A DNA stretch of 64,000 nt from the NCBI GenBank assembly GCA_963844715.1, contig CAWJPJ010000006.1:768001-832000 (forward strand), written 5' to 3'. Positions within the stretch are counted from its first letter, which is position 1; each line of letters begins with the position of its first letter. This stretch comes from an uncultured Phycisphaerales bacterium. GTDB taxonomy: Bacteria; Planctomycetota; Phycisphaerae; Tepidisphaerales; Tepidisphaeraceae. Both the position numbers and the translations under genes were made by a program. Of the stretch, positions 54,080 through 64,000 are shown one piece after another. The notes beneath the pieces were generated by a model, which had not been told where the DNA came from, did not search any database, and saw nothing but the letters and a program-made list of their open reading frames with translations.

Positions 54080-57000
54080 GTGGTTCCCTGCGCCAGCGGC
54101 GGGGTTTCGGAATCATCGTGCAATGGACCGGAATCAGCGCGAGCGCCCATGCGGCGTGCCAGGCGGTCGAACCAGAGATAAATCACCGGCGTGGTGTAGA
54201 GGGTGAGAATCTGGCTGAAAATCAGGCCGCCGACCATGGCGATGCCCAGCGGGCGGCGGAGTTCGGAGCCGACGCCGGTTCCCAGAGCCAAGGGCAACCC
54301 GGCCAAAAGCGCGGCCATGGTGGTCATCATGATCGGGCGGAAACGCAGGAGGCACGCCTGGTAGATCGCCTCTTCGGGCGATTTACCCTCGTTGCGCTGG
54401 GCATCGAGCGCGAAGTCAACCATCATGATGCCGTTTTTCTTCACGATGCCGATCAGGAGAATGATTCCAATCAGCGCGATGACGCTAAAGTCGGTGCCGC
54501 ACAGAAGCAGCGCCGCCACGGCGCCCACGCCGGCCGAAGGTAGCGTGGACAAAATCGTGATCGGATGGACGAAACTTTCGTACAGAACGCCCAGGACGAT
54601 GTAAACCGTGATCAACGCGGCGGCGATGAGCGCGCCCTCGTTGGATAAAGCGGCCTGAAAGGCTTCGGCGGTTCCCTGGAATCCAGTCTCAACGCTGGCG
54701 GGCATTTTCAGATCTTCCTTGGCTTGATTGATCGCCTGCACGGCCTGGCCCAGGGACGCGGTGGGCGCGAGGTTGAACGAGAGCGTTACGCACGGGAATT
54801 GCGATTGATGATTAACCGCCATCGGACCCTGAACCTGCTCGAAATGGGCGAAGGAACTGAGCGGGGCTTGCCCGCCGGAGGCGGTTTGAATGTAAATGTG
54901 CTGGAGATCGAACGGGTTGGAACGGAATTTCGTCGGGACCTCGAGCACGACGTGATACTGGTTGAGCTGCGTGAACATGATGGAAATCTGGCGCTGGCCG
55001 AAGGCGTCATACAGCGTGTCGTCGATGTTCTGCATGGTGATGCCCAGGCGTGAGGCGGTGTCGCGATCGATGACCAGAGTGGTCCACAGCCCTTCATTTT
55101 GAGAGTCGCTGGCGACGTCGCGCAATTCGGGCATTTGCGCCATCTTGGCCAATAAAGCCGGAGCCCAGGTGTTGAGTTCGCCCGTGTCGGGGTCTTCGAG
55201 GGTGTATTGGAACTGCGTTCGGCTCACGCGATCGTCCACCGTCAGGTCCTGAACCGGCTGCATATAGAGCGTGATTCCCTCGACTTTTTGCAGCGCCGGT
55301 TGCAGGCGAACGATAACGTCGCTGGCGCTGATCTTTCGGACTTCAAGCGGTTTGAGATTGATCTGGATTCGGCCGCTGTTGAGCGTGACGTTGGTGCCGT
55401 CGACGCCAATGAACGACGAGAGACTTTCGACGGCAGGATCCTGGAGGATGATCTTGGCCAGTTCCTGCTGGCGCTGTCCCATGGCGTCGAAGGAAATGCT
55501 GGCGGGCGCCTGGGAGATGCCAAGGATGACGCCCGTGTCCTGAACAGGGAAGAATCCTTTCGGGACGATCCAGAAGAGCCAGGCGGTGAGGACCACGGTG
55601 CCGACGGCGACCAGGAGCGTGGCGCCCTGCCGCTTGAGGACCCATTGGAGAGTCATGCCGTAGCGGGCAATCACCCATTCAAAGGCATATTCGCTGACGC
55701 GATAAAACCGGCCCTGCTGCGCAGCGGGTTTGTGCCGGAGGATCAGGGCGGCACATCATCGGCGTCAGGGTCAGGGAGACGAAGGCGGACACGACGATCG
55801 TGACGCTAAGCGTCACCGCAAATTCGCGGAAGAGCCGCCCCACCACATCGCCCATGAAAAGGAGCGGAATCAGCGCGGCAATCAGCGAGACGCTCAGGGA
55901 GATAATCGTGAACCCGATTTGCTCGGAGCCTTTAAGCGCCGCGGTCAGCGGGGATTGCCCGGCCTCGACGTAGCGGATGATGTTTTCGATCATGACGATG
56001 GCGTCGTCCACCACAAACCCCGTGGAAATCGTCAGAGCCATGAGCGTCAGGTTGTTCAGGCTGTAGCCCAGGAGGTACATGACCCCAAGCGTGCCAATGA
56101 GAGAAAGGGGCACGGCGATGCTCGGGATGCTCGTGGCGGCGGCGCTGCGGAGGAAGAGGAAGATGACCATCACCACCAGGAAGACGGTCAACGCCAGTTC
56201 CATCTGGACATCCAGGACCGACGCGCGGATGGTGGTGGTGCGATCGGTAAGAATATCGACATTCACGCCGCTGGGAAGACTTAGCTTGAGCTGCGGAAGA
56301 AGCTGCTCGATTCGATCGACGACGTCGATGATGTTGGCGCCAGGTTGCCGCTGAATGTTGAGAATGACGGCGGGCTTCTCATTCCACCAGGCGGCCTCGC
56401 GGACATCTTCCGTGGAATCGACCACGTTGGCGATATCGGAAAGGCGCACCGGCGCGCCGTTGTTGTAGGCGACGACCAGAGGGCGATAGTCGGCGCTGGA
56501 GAGAAGCTGATCGTTGGCGCCGATGGTTTGGGCCTGATCGCGTCCGTCGAAGCTCCCCTTGGCCTGATCGACGCTCATCAGCCCGACCTGCGTGCGGAGG
56601 TCTTCGAGGGTCAAGCCGACGGAGGCGAGCTGGGTCGGATTCGCCTGGATTCGGACCGCCGGCTTTTGCCCGCCGCTGATGCTGACCAGGCCGACACCGC
56701 TAAGCTGGGAGATTTTTTGCGCCAGCCGCGTGTCGGCAAGGTCCTCGACCTGCGGGAGCGGCATGGTATTGCTGGTGAGGGCCAGAGTCAGAATCGGGGT
56801 GTCGGCGGGATTGACCTTGCTATAGATCGGCGGGTTGGGAAGATTTTTTGGAAGATACGTCCCCGAGGCGTTGATCGCCGCCTGAACCTCCTGCTCGGCT
56901 ACGTCAATATCGAGATCGAGCGTAAATTGCAGAGTAATGACCGAGCACCCTTCCGAACTGGTGCTGGTCATCTGGTTTAATCCGGCGACCTGTCCGAATT

Positions 57001-57208
57001 GACGCTCCAGCGGCGCGGTGACCGCCGAGGCCATCACATCGGGGCTGGCGCCGGGGTAGAACGTGAGGATCTGAATCGTTGGATAATCGACCTCGGGAAG
57101 CGCCGAGACGGGCAACTGCTTGTATGCCACGGCCCCGACCAGAAGAATCGCGACCATCAGCAGCGACGTCGCCACTGGTCGCAGGATGAACACCCGAGAC
57201 GGACTCAT
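54076..57208 (-). CDS. mdtB: RND efflux permease MdtB (frameshift ~55750)
   Basis: [41 protein letters not shown]. Confidence 0.92.
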
Positions 57209-58569
57209 TCCCCCGTCCTCGTGGTGGCGGCGGAATCGGAATCATCTTCATCCTGATGATGATGGTGGTGCGTTGAAGCCTGGGTTGTGGCTTGCGTTGT
57301 GGGCTGCTGGCCGGGCGCGGGTTTGGGCAGGACTTTGGAGCCTTGCTGGAGCTTGTCGACGCCGTCGGTGATAACAACTTCTCCTGCAGACAGCCCGCTG
57401 CGCACGGCCTGCCAATCCCCCTGCTGGGGACCGAGCACGAGGTTGCGGACATCCGCGGTATCGTCGCTTTTTACGACGTACACAAACGTGCTGCTATTCG
57501 GGCCGCGCTGTACGGCGGCGCTGGGAATGAGCAGCGTTTTGTGCAGCGTTTTATAGAGCAACTGAATGTTGACGAACTGGTTGGGGAAAAGGGCGTTATC
57601 CTTGTTCTCGAAGACCGCCTTCAATTTGAGCTTTGCCGTTGTCGGATCGATCGAACTATCCACCGCGTAAACCGAGCCGACGGCGATCTTCTTCGTGATG
57701 TCGCTGTTGTAGGCGTCAACTTCGAGCTTCGGAACGGTGGAGTTGTCGCCCATGACCTTGGGGATATCCACGTCGGCGATGGTGAAGATGACCGTAATGG
57801 GCTGAAGCTGCGTAATGACGGCCAAACCGTTGGCGTCCGTGGGCTGAACGAAGTTGCCCGGATCGACTTGCCGCAGGCCGATGCGCCCGTCGATCGGCGA
57901 CGTGATGTAACAATAGACAAGCTGAACCTTCGCGTTGTCCAGGTTTCCCTGATCGCTTTCGATGACTGCCTTGTCCTGATCGACAGTGGCTTTCTGCGTA
58001 TCGATCTGCTGCTGAGTGAAAGTGCCGGCGGCGGCTCCCTGATAGCGAGTCAAGTTGAGCTGATCGTTTTCAAGAGTCGCCTGATCCTTGGCCAGTTGTC
58101 CCTGGGCTTGTTCGACGGCGGCCTGGAATGGACGAGGGTCGATTTCGGCGATCTGCTGGCCCTTGGTCACGAGCTGGCCTTCATCGAATCCGACGTTGAT
58201 CAATTGACCGCTGACGCGCGTCCGAACGGTGACGGTATAGAACGGCGTTGCCGTCCCGAGTTCGGGAAGATAAAGAGGCAGGGTGCCGAGATGGGCGGTG
58301 GCCACGACGACGGGCGTCGGAGGGACCGGCCGCGCGGCAGCCTTTGCGGCGGCGACGCTGGCGGCGTGCACACGCCAATAAATCACTGCCGCCAAACCGG
58401 CGGCGACGGCGATCAGGATCAGCCATACCCAAATGTGGGAGTGGCTCGATTGCGGCTGCTGCGGCTGAGGGGAATGGACGTGCGGCTGCGGAGACGGAAT
58501 TCGCTGCGCCGCCGGGTGAACACCTGTTTGATGCGGTGATTGCACGTCCATCGCGTCTGACTGAACCAT
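57205..58569 (-). CDS. mdtA: RND membrane fusion protein MdtA
   Basis: [38 protein letters not shown]. Confidence 0.92.
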   Translation of the reverse strand: MVQSDAMDVQSPHQTGVHPAAQRIPSPQPHVHSPQPQQPQSSHSHIWVWLILIAVAAGLAAVIYWRVHAASVAAAKAAARPVPPTPVVVATAHLGTLPLYLPELGTATPFYTVTVRTRVSGQLINVGFDEGQLVTKGQQIAEIDPRPFQAAVEQAQGQLAKDQATLENDQLNLTRYQGAAAGTFTQQQIDTQKATVDQDKAVIESDQGNLDNAKVQLVYCYITSPIDGRIGLRQVDPGNFVQPTDANGLAVITQLQPITVIFTIADVDIPKVMGDNSTVPKLEVDAYNSDITKKIAVGSVYAVDSSIDPTTAKLKLKAVFENKDNALFPNQFVNIQLLYKTLHKTLLIPSAAVQRGPNSSTFVYVVKSDDTADVRNLVLGPQQGDWQAVRSGLSAGEVVITDGVDKLQQGSKVLPKPAPGQQPTTQATTQASTHHHHHQDEDDSDSAATTRTGE

Positions 58570-58712
58570 CTATCTCCTCAGCCGCCGGTCACTTGCATGG
58601 GTTAATGATGCTCAAAAACCCAAAACGGCTAATGCTAAGATCGGCCATTATCCGTGGCAATAGCGAACGGTTAGCCAGAAAATACGCGGCAAAGGGGTCG
58701 CCAGTCCGCAAA

Positions 58713-59327
58713 TCAGGCTCTTGTCGATGCTGCCGGGGTTTTCGACGCCCTCCCGGCCCATTTACTGAGACGATAGCCCAGCAGCAGGGTGAGAACTACG
58801 GCAAAAGCCTTAGGGAGTGTCACATCAGCTTTGACCAATGAGTAGTAATGCAGAACCGCCGCGATTCCAGCGGGGTAGATGAGTGTATGGAGTCGCTTCC
58901 ATCGCGCGGCCCCCATTTTTTTGATGATGCCGTTGGTGGAGGTCGCGGCCAAGGGGGCCATGAGGAGAAGGGCCGTCATTCCGTAGAAGATGAAGGGTCG
59001 GCGGAGGATATCGGCGAAGGCGGCTGACAAACTGAACGACTGATAGATGGCGATATAAATGAAGAGATGGACGCAGCCGTAGAAGAAGGCGAAGAGCCCG
59101 AGCATGCGGCGGAAATTGCTGAGGAAATTCCAGCCGGTGATTTTGCGGACGGGCGTGACGGCGAGGCAGAGGGTCAGGAAGACGAGCGCGGTCATGCCGG
59201 TGGTGCGGATGGCGCGCTCGGACGGGTTGGTGCCGAGCTGACCGCTGTAGGCATCCCAGGAGAGGAGAGTCAGGGGAACGAGGGCGTTGACGAAGAGGAC
59301 GAGTTTGGCGAATTGGGGATCTTTCAT
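58713..59327 (-). CDS. msrQ: Methionine sulfoxide reductase heme subunit
   Basis: TG..L..TP, RRMLGLFAFFY..HL, LAATS, WKRLHTLIY. Confidence 0.93.
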   Translation of the reverse strand: MKDPQFAKLVLFVNALVPLTLLSWDAYSGQLGTNPSERAIRTTGMTALVFLTLCLAVTPVRKITGWNFLSNFRRMLGLFAFFYGCVHLFIYIAIYQSFSLSAAFADILRRPFIFYGMTALLLMAPLAATSTNGIIKKMGAARWKRLHTLIYPAGIAAVLHYYSLVKADVTLPKAFAVVLTLLLGYRLSKWAGRASKTPAASTRA

Positions 59328-59375
59328 AACTTCGAGTTGTCTCGCGCTTCGCGGGCAATATTAATTAGAAAGCTT

Positions 59376-59418
59376 GCCCCTCACCCTTTCCCTCTCCCCG
59401 GGGTACCGGGGAGAGGGG
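59376..59418. repeat. Family A REP-like hairpin between msrP and msrQ
   Basis: GCCCCTCACCCTTTCCCTCTCCCCGGGGTACCGGGGAGAGGGG. Confidence 0.8.
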
Positions 59419-59425
59419 ATAAAAC

Positions 59426-60403
59426 CTAGAAGTTCGCGCGTAGGTCCATTCCTGTGTAGAGCGAGGCGACCTGGTCGGCGTAGCCGTTGAACATCAGGGT
59501 TGGGCGGCGGCCGGAATCTCCGATGCGCTGCTCGGTGGCCTGGCTCCAGCGCGGATGATCGACGTTGGGATTCACGTTGGCGTAAAAGCCATATTCGTTT
59601 GGAGCGTAGATGTTCCACGTCGTCGGAGGCTGATCGGCAACCAGATCGATCTTGACGATCGACTTGATGCCTTTGAATCCGTATTTCCACGGAACGACCA
59701 GCCGAATCGGCGCGCCGTCCTGCGGGGGGAGTTCTTTGCCGTAGATTCCGGTCGCGAGAATGGTCAGCGGGTGCATGGCTTCGTCCATTCGCAGCCCCTC
59801 GACGTACGGCCAGGGTAGCAGATCGGTCCCCTCATTCGGCATGCGCTTCGGGTCCATCAGAGTCTGGAACGCAACGTACTTTGCGGAACTGAGCGGCTGA
59901 ACCCGCTCGAGCAATTTTGAAAGCGGAAAGCCATCCCACGGAATAACCATCGACCACCCTTCAACGCAGCGCATTCGATAAACGCGCTCCTCCGGTGGAC
60001 TGATCTTGAGCAAGTCGTCTAGATCGAACACTGTCGGTTTTTGAACCAGCCCCCCCACCTCCACCGACCAAGGGCGCGTGACGAATCCGGCGGCGGCCGC
60101 GGCGACGTCCTCCTTGGTGGTGTCGAACTCGTAAAAATTGTTGTAGTGCGTGATGTCGTCAAAAGCGGTTTCGGGATCGTTCGGCCCCAGCGGCGCCAGG
60201 ACGGTCGCCCGCGTCGCGGGGAGCAAGTCGGCCAGGTTCTTGGCGGGCTGGTCCCAGGCCGGGCGGGGATTCAACCGATTGTAAACCCAGCCCGTGGCAA
60301 CCGCGCTGGCGGCAAGAATCCCCGCACGCATAAAGTTGCGACGATTGAGATAGACGGATTGCGGCGTGACCTCGTCCATAATCCTGCCTCGATGGGGAAT
60401 CAT
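59426..60403 (-). CDS. msrP: Methionine sulfoxide reductase catalytic Mo subunit
   Basis: Tat motif [45 protein letters not shown]. Confidence 0.96.
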   Translation of the reverse strand: MIPHRGRIMDEVTPQSVYLNRRNFMRAGILAASAVATGWVYNRLNPRPAWDQPAKNLADLLPATRATVLAPLGPNDPETAFDDITHYNNFYEFDTTKEDVAAAAAGFVTRPWSVEVGGLVQKPTVFDLDDLLKISPPEERVYRMRCVEGWSMVIPWDGFPLSKLLERVQPLSSAKYVAFQTLMDPKRMPNEGTDLLPWPYVEGLRMDEAMHPLTILATGIYGKELPPQDGAPIRLVVPWKYGFKGIKSIVKIDLVADQPPTTWNIYAPNEYGFYANVNPNVDHPRWSQATEQRIGDSGRRPTLMFNGYADQVASLYTGMDLRANF

Positions 60404-60465
60404 AGGTAAGGTACGAAGGCCGGGGTACTGTTGGATGTCCGGCGACGGCTGTCTATCATCTGGTA

Positions 60466-61699
60466 ATGAACCAACCGACCCGCACGCGGGTTTCCTCGCT
60501 TATTTTTCTTACTTTTTTTATCGGCATAACCGGATGCGCTTCTTCCCAACCGGCACAAAACGCCGCGCCTGCGCCGCAACCTGAGTCGACGGCGGCGTCC
60601 GCCCCTTCAACAGCGCCGACTGTATCGGATTTGACGGGGCCGAATCCTTATTTGGGGCCGGGGCCGCGATTTTTGCGGGTGATCAAGTTGGTCGATGAGC
60701 CGGACTCCTGGTTTGAGTCTGACAAGGGGCGGCAGATCGTGGACAACATCGTCGGCTGGCAGAACGCCGACGGAGGGTGGTGGAAGAATTACGATCCGCG
60801 AAGCTGCGCCCGGCGACCATGCCGATCAATCCGCACGACGGCCCGCCCGGCGATGACGATGTGGTGTGGCACGCCGTGAGCACGTTCGACAACGACGCGA
60901 CGCATACGGAATTGCGCATCGTGGCGCGGGCGTATCGGGTGCTGGGTGATCCGCGCTATCGGGATTCGTTTGAGCGCGGCCTGCAATATATTTTTCGCTC
61001 GCAATACGCCAACGGCGGATGGCCGCAGCGGTTTCCCCTGCAGGAAAATTACGGGCGCTACATCACGTTCAACGACAACGCGATGACGGACAACATGACG
61101 TTGCTCAAGGACGTCATCGATAAGAAGCCGGACTTCGCGTTTGTATCGGAAGCGGAACGCGAGCAATGCGAGGAGTCGTTCGATCGCGGCATCTCGTGCA
61201 TTTTGAAGTGTCAGGTCGTGCAGAATGGGAAGCTCACGGTGTGGTGCCAGCAGCACGATGAGGTGACGTTCGAGCCGCGCGGGCGCGGAATTTTGAACTG
61301 CCGGGACTAAGCGGCGAGGAAAGCGCGGATATCGTGCTGGTTTTGATGAGCATCGATCATCCCGACGATCGGGTTAAGCAGGCGATCGAGGCCGCCGTGG
61401 ACTGGTATCGAAGATCGGAAATTCTCGGCAAAAGATGGGTGGTGATGCGCGGGGATCAGTATTTCCATGGACGCGACCGGGCGCTGATCGACGATCCGAA
61501 CGCCCCGCCCCTTTGGGCGCGGTATTACGATGTGGCGACGAATCAGCCGTTTGTCAGTGGGCGCGACGGGCACGAGAAGCCGTCCGTGCAGATGATTTCA
61601 TGGGAACGGCGCAACGGATACGGCTGGTATGGCCGTTGGGGTGAGAAAGTTTTCTCGGCATACGCCGATTGGAAGAAACGCGCGGACGTTGTTCAGTGA
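60466..61699 (+). CDS. pelA: PL10 pectate lyase, lipoprotein (2 frameshifts)
   Basis: [51 protein letters not shown]. Confidence 0.9.
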
Positions 61700-62447
61700 G
61701 CGCTGAAAACCGAACGCTTCATGGTCTTCGCGGCGGCGAGCAATCCGAGCAATGGAAGCGCCATATAAGCCGCGGCCGGGAGGGGTACGACGCCGGGGGT
61801 TCCGCCGCCGGTTGTCGGGGAAACCGGCACGATGGACGCGGAGATCTGCCCTCCGGCGGTGCCGTCGCTGAAATCCACCAGTTCGCCCGGCGATCCGTCA
61901 AGCGGAACAACCGCGGGAGCAACCTGATCGGAGAATGAATTCACGTACGATTGCAGCGATGTCGGCAGAAGACTGAGATTCGGATCCTCAAGGAAGGCGA
62001 TCACTTCGGATTCGGGAACGAGGGCCGAGCCGGGGAAGGCCTCATCGTAGGATTCGCCTTCGATCATGGCCGATGTACTGACGTTGACGCCCACGGCCAC
62101 GCCATTGGTGGTTCCCAGCGAACTGCTCTGGCTGTAAACGCCGGCGATGGCGAAGAACTGCGGCGTGCTGCCGCCCAAATCCGCCGGGACGGTTTGTGAA
62201 CTGCCGGCCGGGGAGATGATCACATTCTGATTGGACGCTCCCGCGGGAATGTCCTGCAGGGTCGCGTAACCGTCAAAGGTAACGGCCGTGGTATTGCCGG
62301 AGAAGAGGGCCACATAATCGCTCGAGATGGGATTGATGACGTTGTCGAAGTTCAGCGATATTTCGGTTTCGGCCGCGCGAGCACCTTGAGGCGCCCGGCA
62401 ATTCCCAACATCACCAACGCCGTGCCAAGCAGAGTTTTTCCCGACAT
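61693..62447 (-). CDS. Exported protein with VPLPA-CTERM (PEP-CTERM-like) sorting signal (frameshift ~62390)
   Basis: signal peptide MSGKTLLGTALVMLG; C-terminal VPLPAAAYM + TM + basic KTMKR. Confidence 0.8.
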
Positions 62448-62562
62448 GAATCCCTCCCGATCTGATGAAAACACGAAACACCCACAGCTGATTCAGGGCC
62501 GATAATAATCAGCACTGCGATGCGCCGTCAACGATAAATTTGATGAAGAGTGCGCAAGGACT

Positions 62563-64000
62563 TTAGTTAGGCGGCTTAGCTTGATCGGTCGGCGGTTGGA
62601 GTTCCTGCCAAAGGAACGAGTAGCCGAGAGCCTCCGTGTTGGCGGTATGGGCATGATCCGCGCCGCTGCTGTGGCCGCCTTCGGTGTTTTCATAAAAGAA
62701 GACGTCGTGCCCCTGGGCTTCCATGAGAGCGGCCATCTTTCGGGCATGGCCTGGATGAACGCGGTCGTCACGCGTGGAAGTCGTGAAAAGCACAGGGGGA
62801 TACGTGCGATCCTCGCGAACATTCTGATAGGGAGAATAGCGGCTGATGAACGCCCAATCGGCGGGGTTGTCGGGGTCCCCGTATTCATCGATCCAGCTCG
62901 CCCCGGCGAGGAGCTTGGTGTAGCGGCGCATGTCCAGAAGGGGCGATTCACAGAGGACGGCGCCGAAGAGATCGGGTCGCTCCGTGAGCATGACGCCGAC
63001 GAGGAGCCCGCCGTTGGAACCCCCTTCGATGCCCAGATGTTTGGGAGAGGTGATTTTTCGATTGATGAGGTCTTCAGCCACGGCCTGGAAATCGTCATAG
63101 GCGTTTTGCCGTTTCTCGCGTTGGGCGGCTTCGTGCCAGGCGGGGCCGAATTCCCCCCCGCCGCGAATATTCGCCAGGGCGAAGACCCCCCGCGCTCGAG
63201 CCAGCCGATTCCGACGTCTTCCCGATATTCGGGTGTGATGGAGATTTCGAAACCGCCGTAGCCGTAAAGGAGAGTGGGATTGGTTCCATCGAGCTTCATG
63301 TCCTTGGGCCCGACGAGAAAGTATGGAATGTGCGTTCCGTCTTTACTGATCGCCTCATACTGGACGGCTTGAAGATTCGACGCATCAAATACGGCGGGCA
63401 TGCTTTTCAGTTGCTCGCGATTGTCCTGACCGCACGTTCCCAGGGACAGAGTGGGCGGGGAAAGCCAATCTTCTTCGATGAGAAAATAGTCGTCGGATTC
63501 ATTGTCGTCGACGCCGGAGATGTCAATTGACCCGAACGGTGGCACGGGAATGGGCGTGTGGACCCATTGCTCGCCGTTGGGCCGAACAAACTCGGCTCGG
63601 CCACAGACGTTGTTGAGTTCATTCAGAATCAGGTCGTTTTTTGTGTCGCTCCAGCCGAGGAGGGAAGTTCGCGGCTCGGGCTGGAAGAGGACTGAGAGAT
63701 GCCGATCCCCGCGCAGATAATCTTCCAAAGGCTCCGCCAGGAGTGAGCCCGCTCGATAGGTCTGGCCGGCGACCGTCCAATCGGAGCGGATATCCAGCAG
63801 GAGATATTTCCCGAACGTATCGAGCTGCGCGTCGAGCGGTTTGTCGATGCGCACCCAATCGTCGCCGCGGCGGAGAAACATTTCGTCCTGAAAATCCGCG
63901 ATGGAGCGATCGATGAATTCATAGACGTACCCGTGATCGTGCTCGACTTCGGCGCTCACGCCGACATCATCCGCGTTGGCGACGAATTCGGTTTTGGCGT
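62563..64000 (-). CDS. Prolyl oligopeptidase (S9A); 5' end outside window; frameshift ~63190
   Basis: [45 protein letters not shown]. Confidence 0.95.

Noticed and set aside
1293..63200. Mass pseudogenisation or programmed frameshifting
   Set aside because: Single-base indels hit housekeeping genes at GCGC and homopolymer sites, with no accompanying decay and no slippery-site pattern; sequencing error explains them better.

Overview
GC-rich bacterial chromosomal window. Gene content, the recurrent ATQP/TTQP motifs in exported proteins and the TPR-GT41 expansion suggest Planctomycetota (Phycisphaerae/Tepidisphaera-like); this is inference. About 36 single-base frameshifts break otherwise intact genes, most of them at GCGC sites, so they look like long-read basecalling errors rather than pseudogenes. 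Contents in order: an OmpR-type two-component module with PepSY and two YncE beta-propeller genes; an AlgB/KinB-like pair whose sigma54 activator is degenerate, divergent from an APC permease; uvrD/pcrA; an AT-richer GT-C cassette; uppP followed by tRNA-Leu(TAA); a large glycosylation region (about 19-41.5 kb); housekeeping and transport genes; mdtABC; msrPQ; PL10 pectate lyase; a VPLPA-CTERM protein; prolyl oligopeptidase. The glycosylation region holds four TPR-GT41 (OGT/SPINDLY) paralogues plus a relic, a TPR-GT9-like gene, a PHP-GT4 fusion, and an operon of a clan GH-A/GT2 fusion, an ABC exporter and two GT-B paralogues. That operon is the best candidate for an undescribed system: a synthase-transglycosylase-exporter with the logic of cyclic/periplasmic glucan pathways. 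Three families of short palindromic intergenic repeats are present. No CRISPR array, integrase or transposase was seen.
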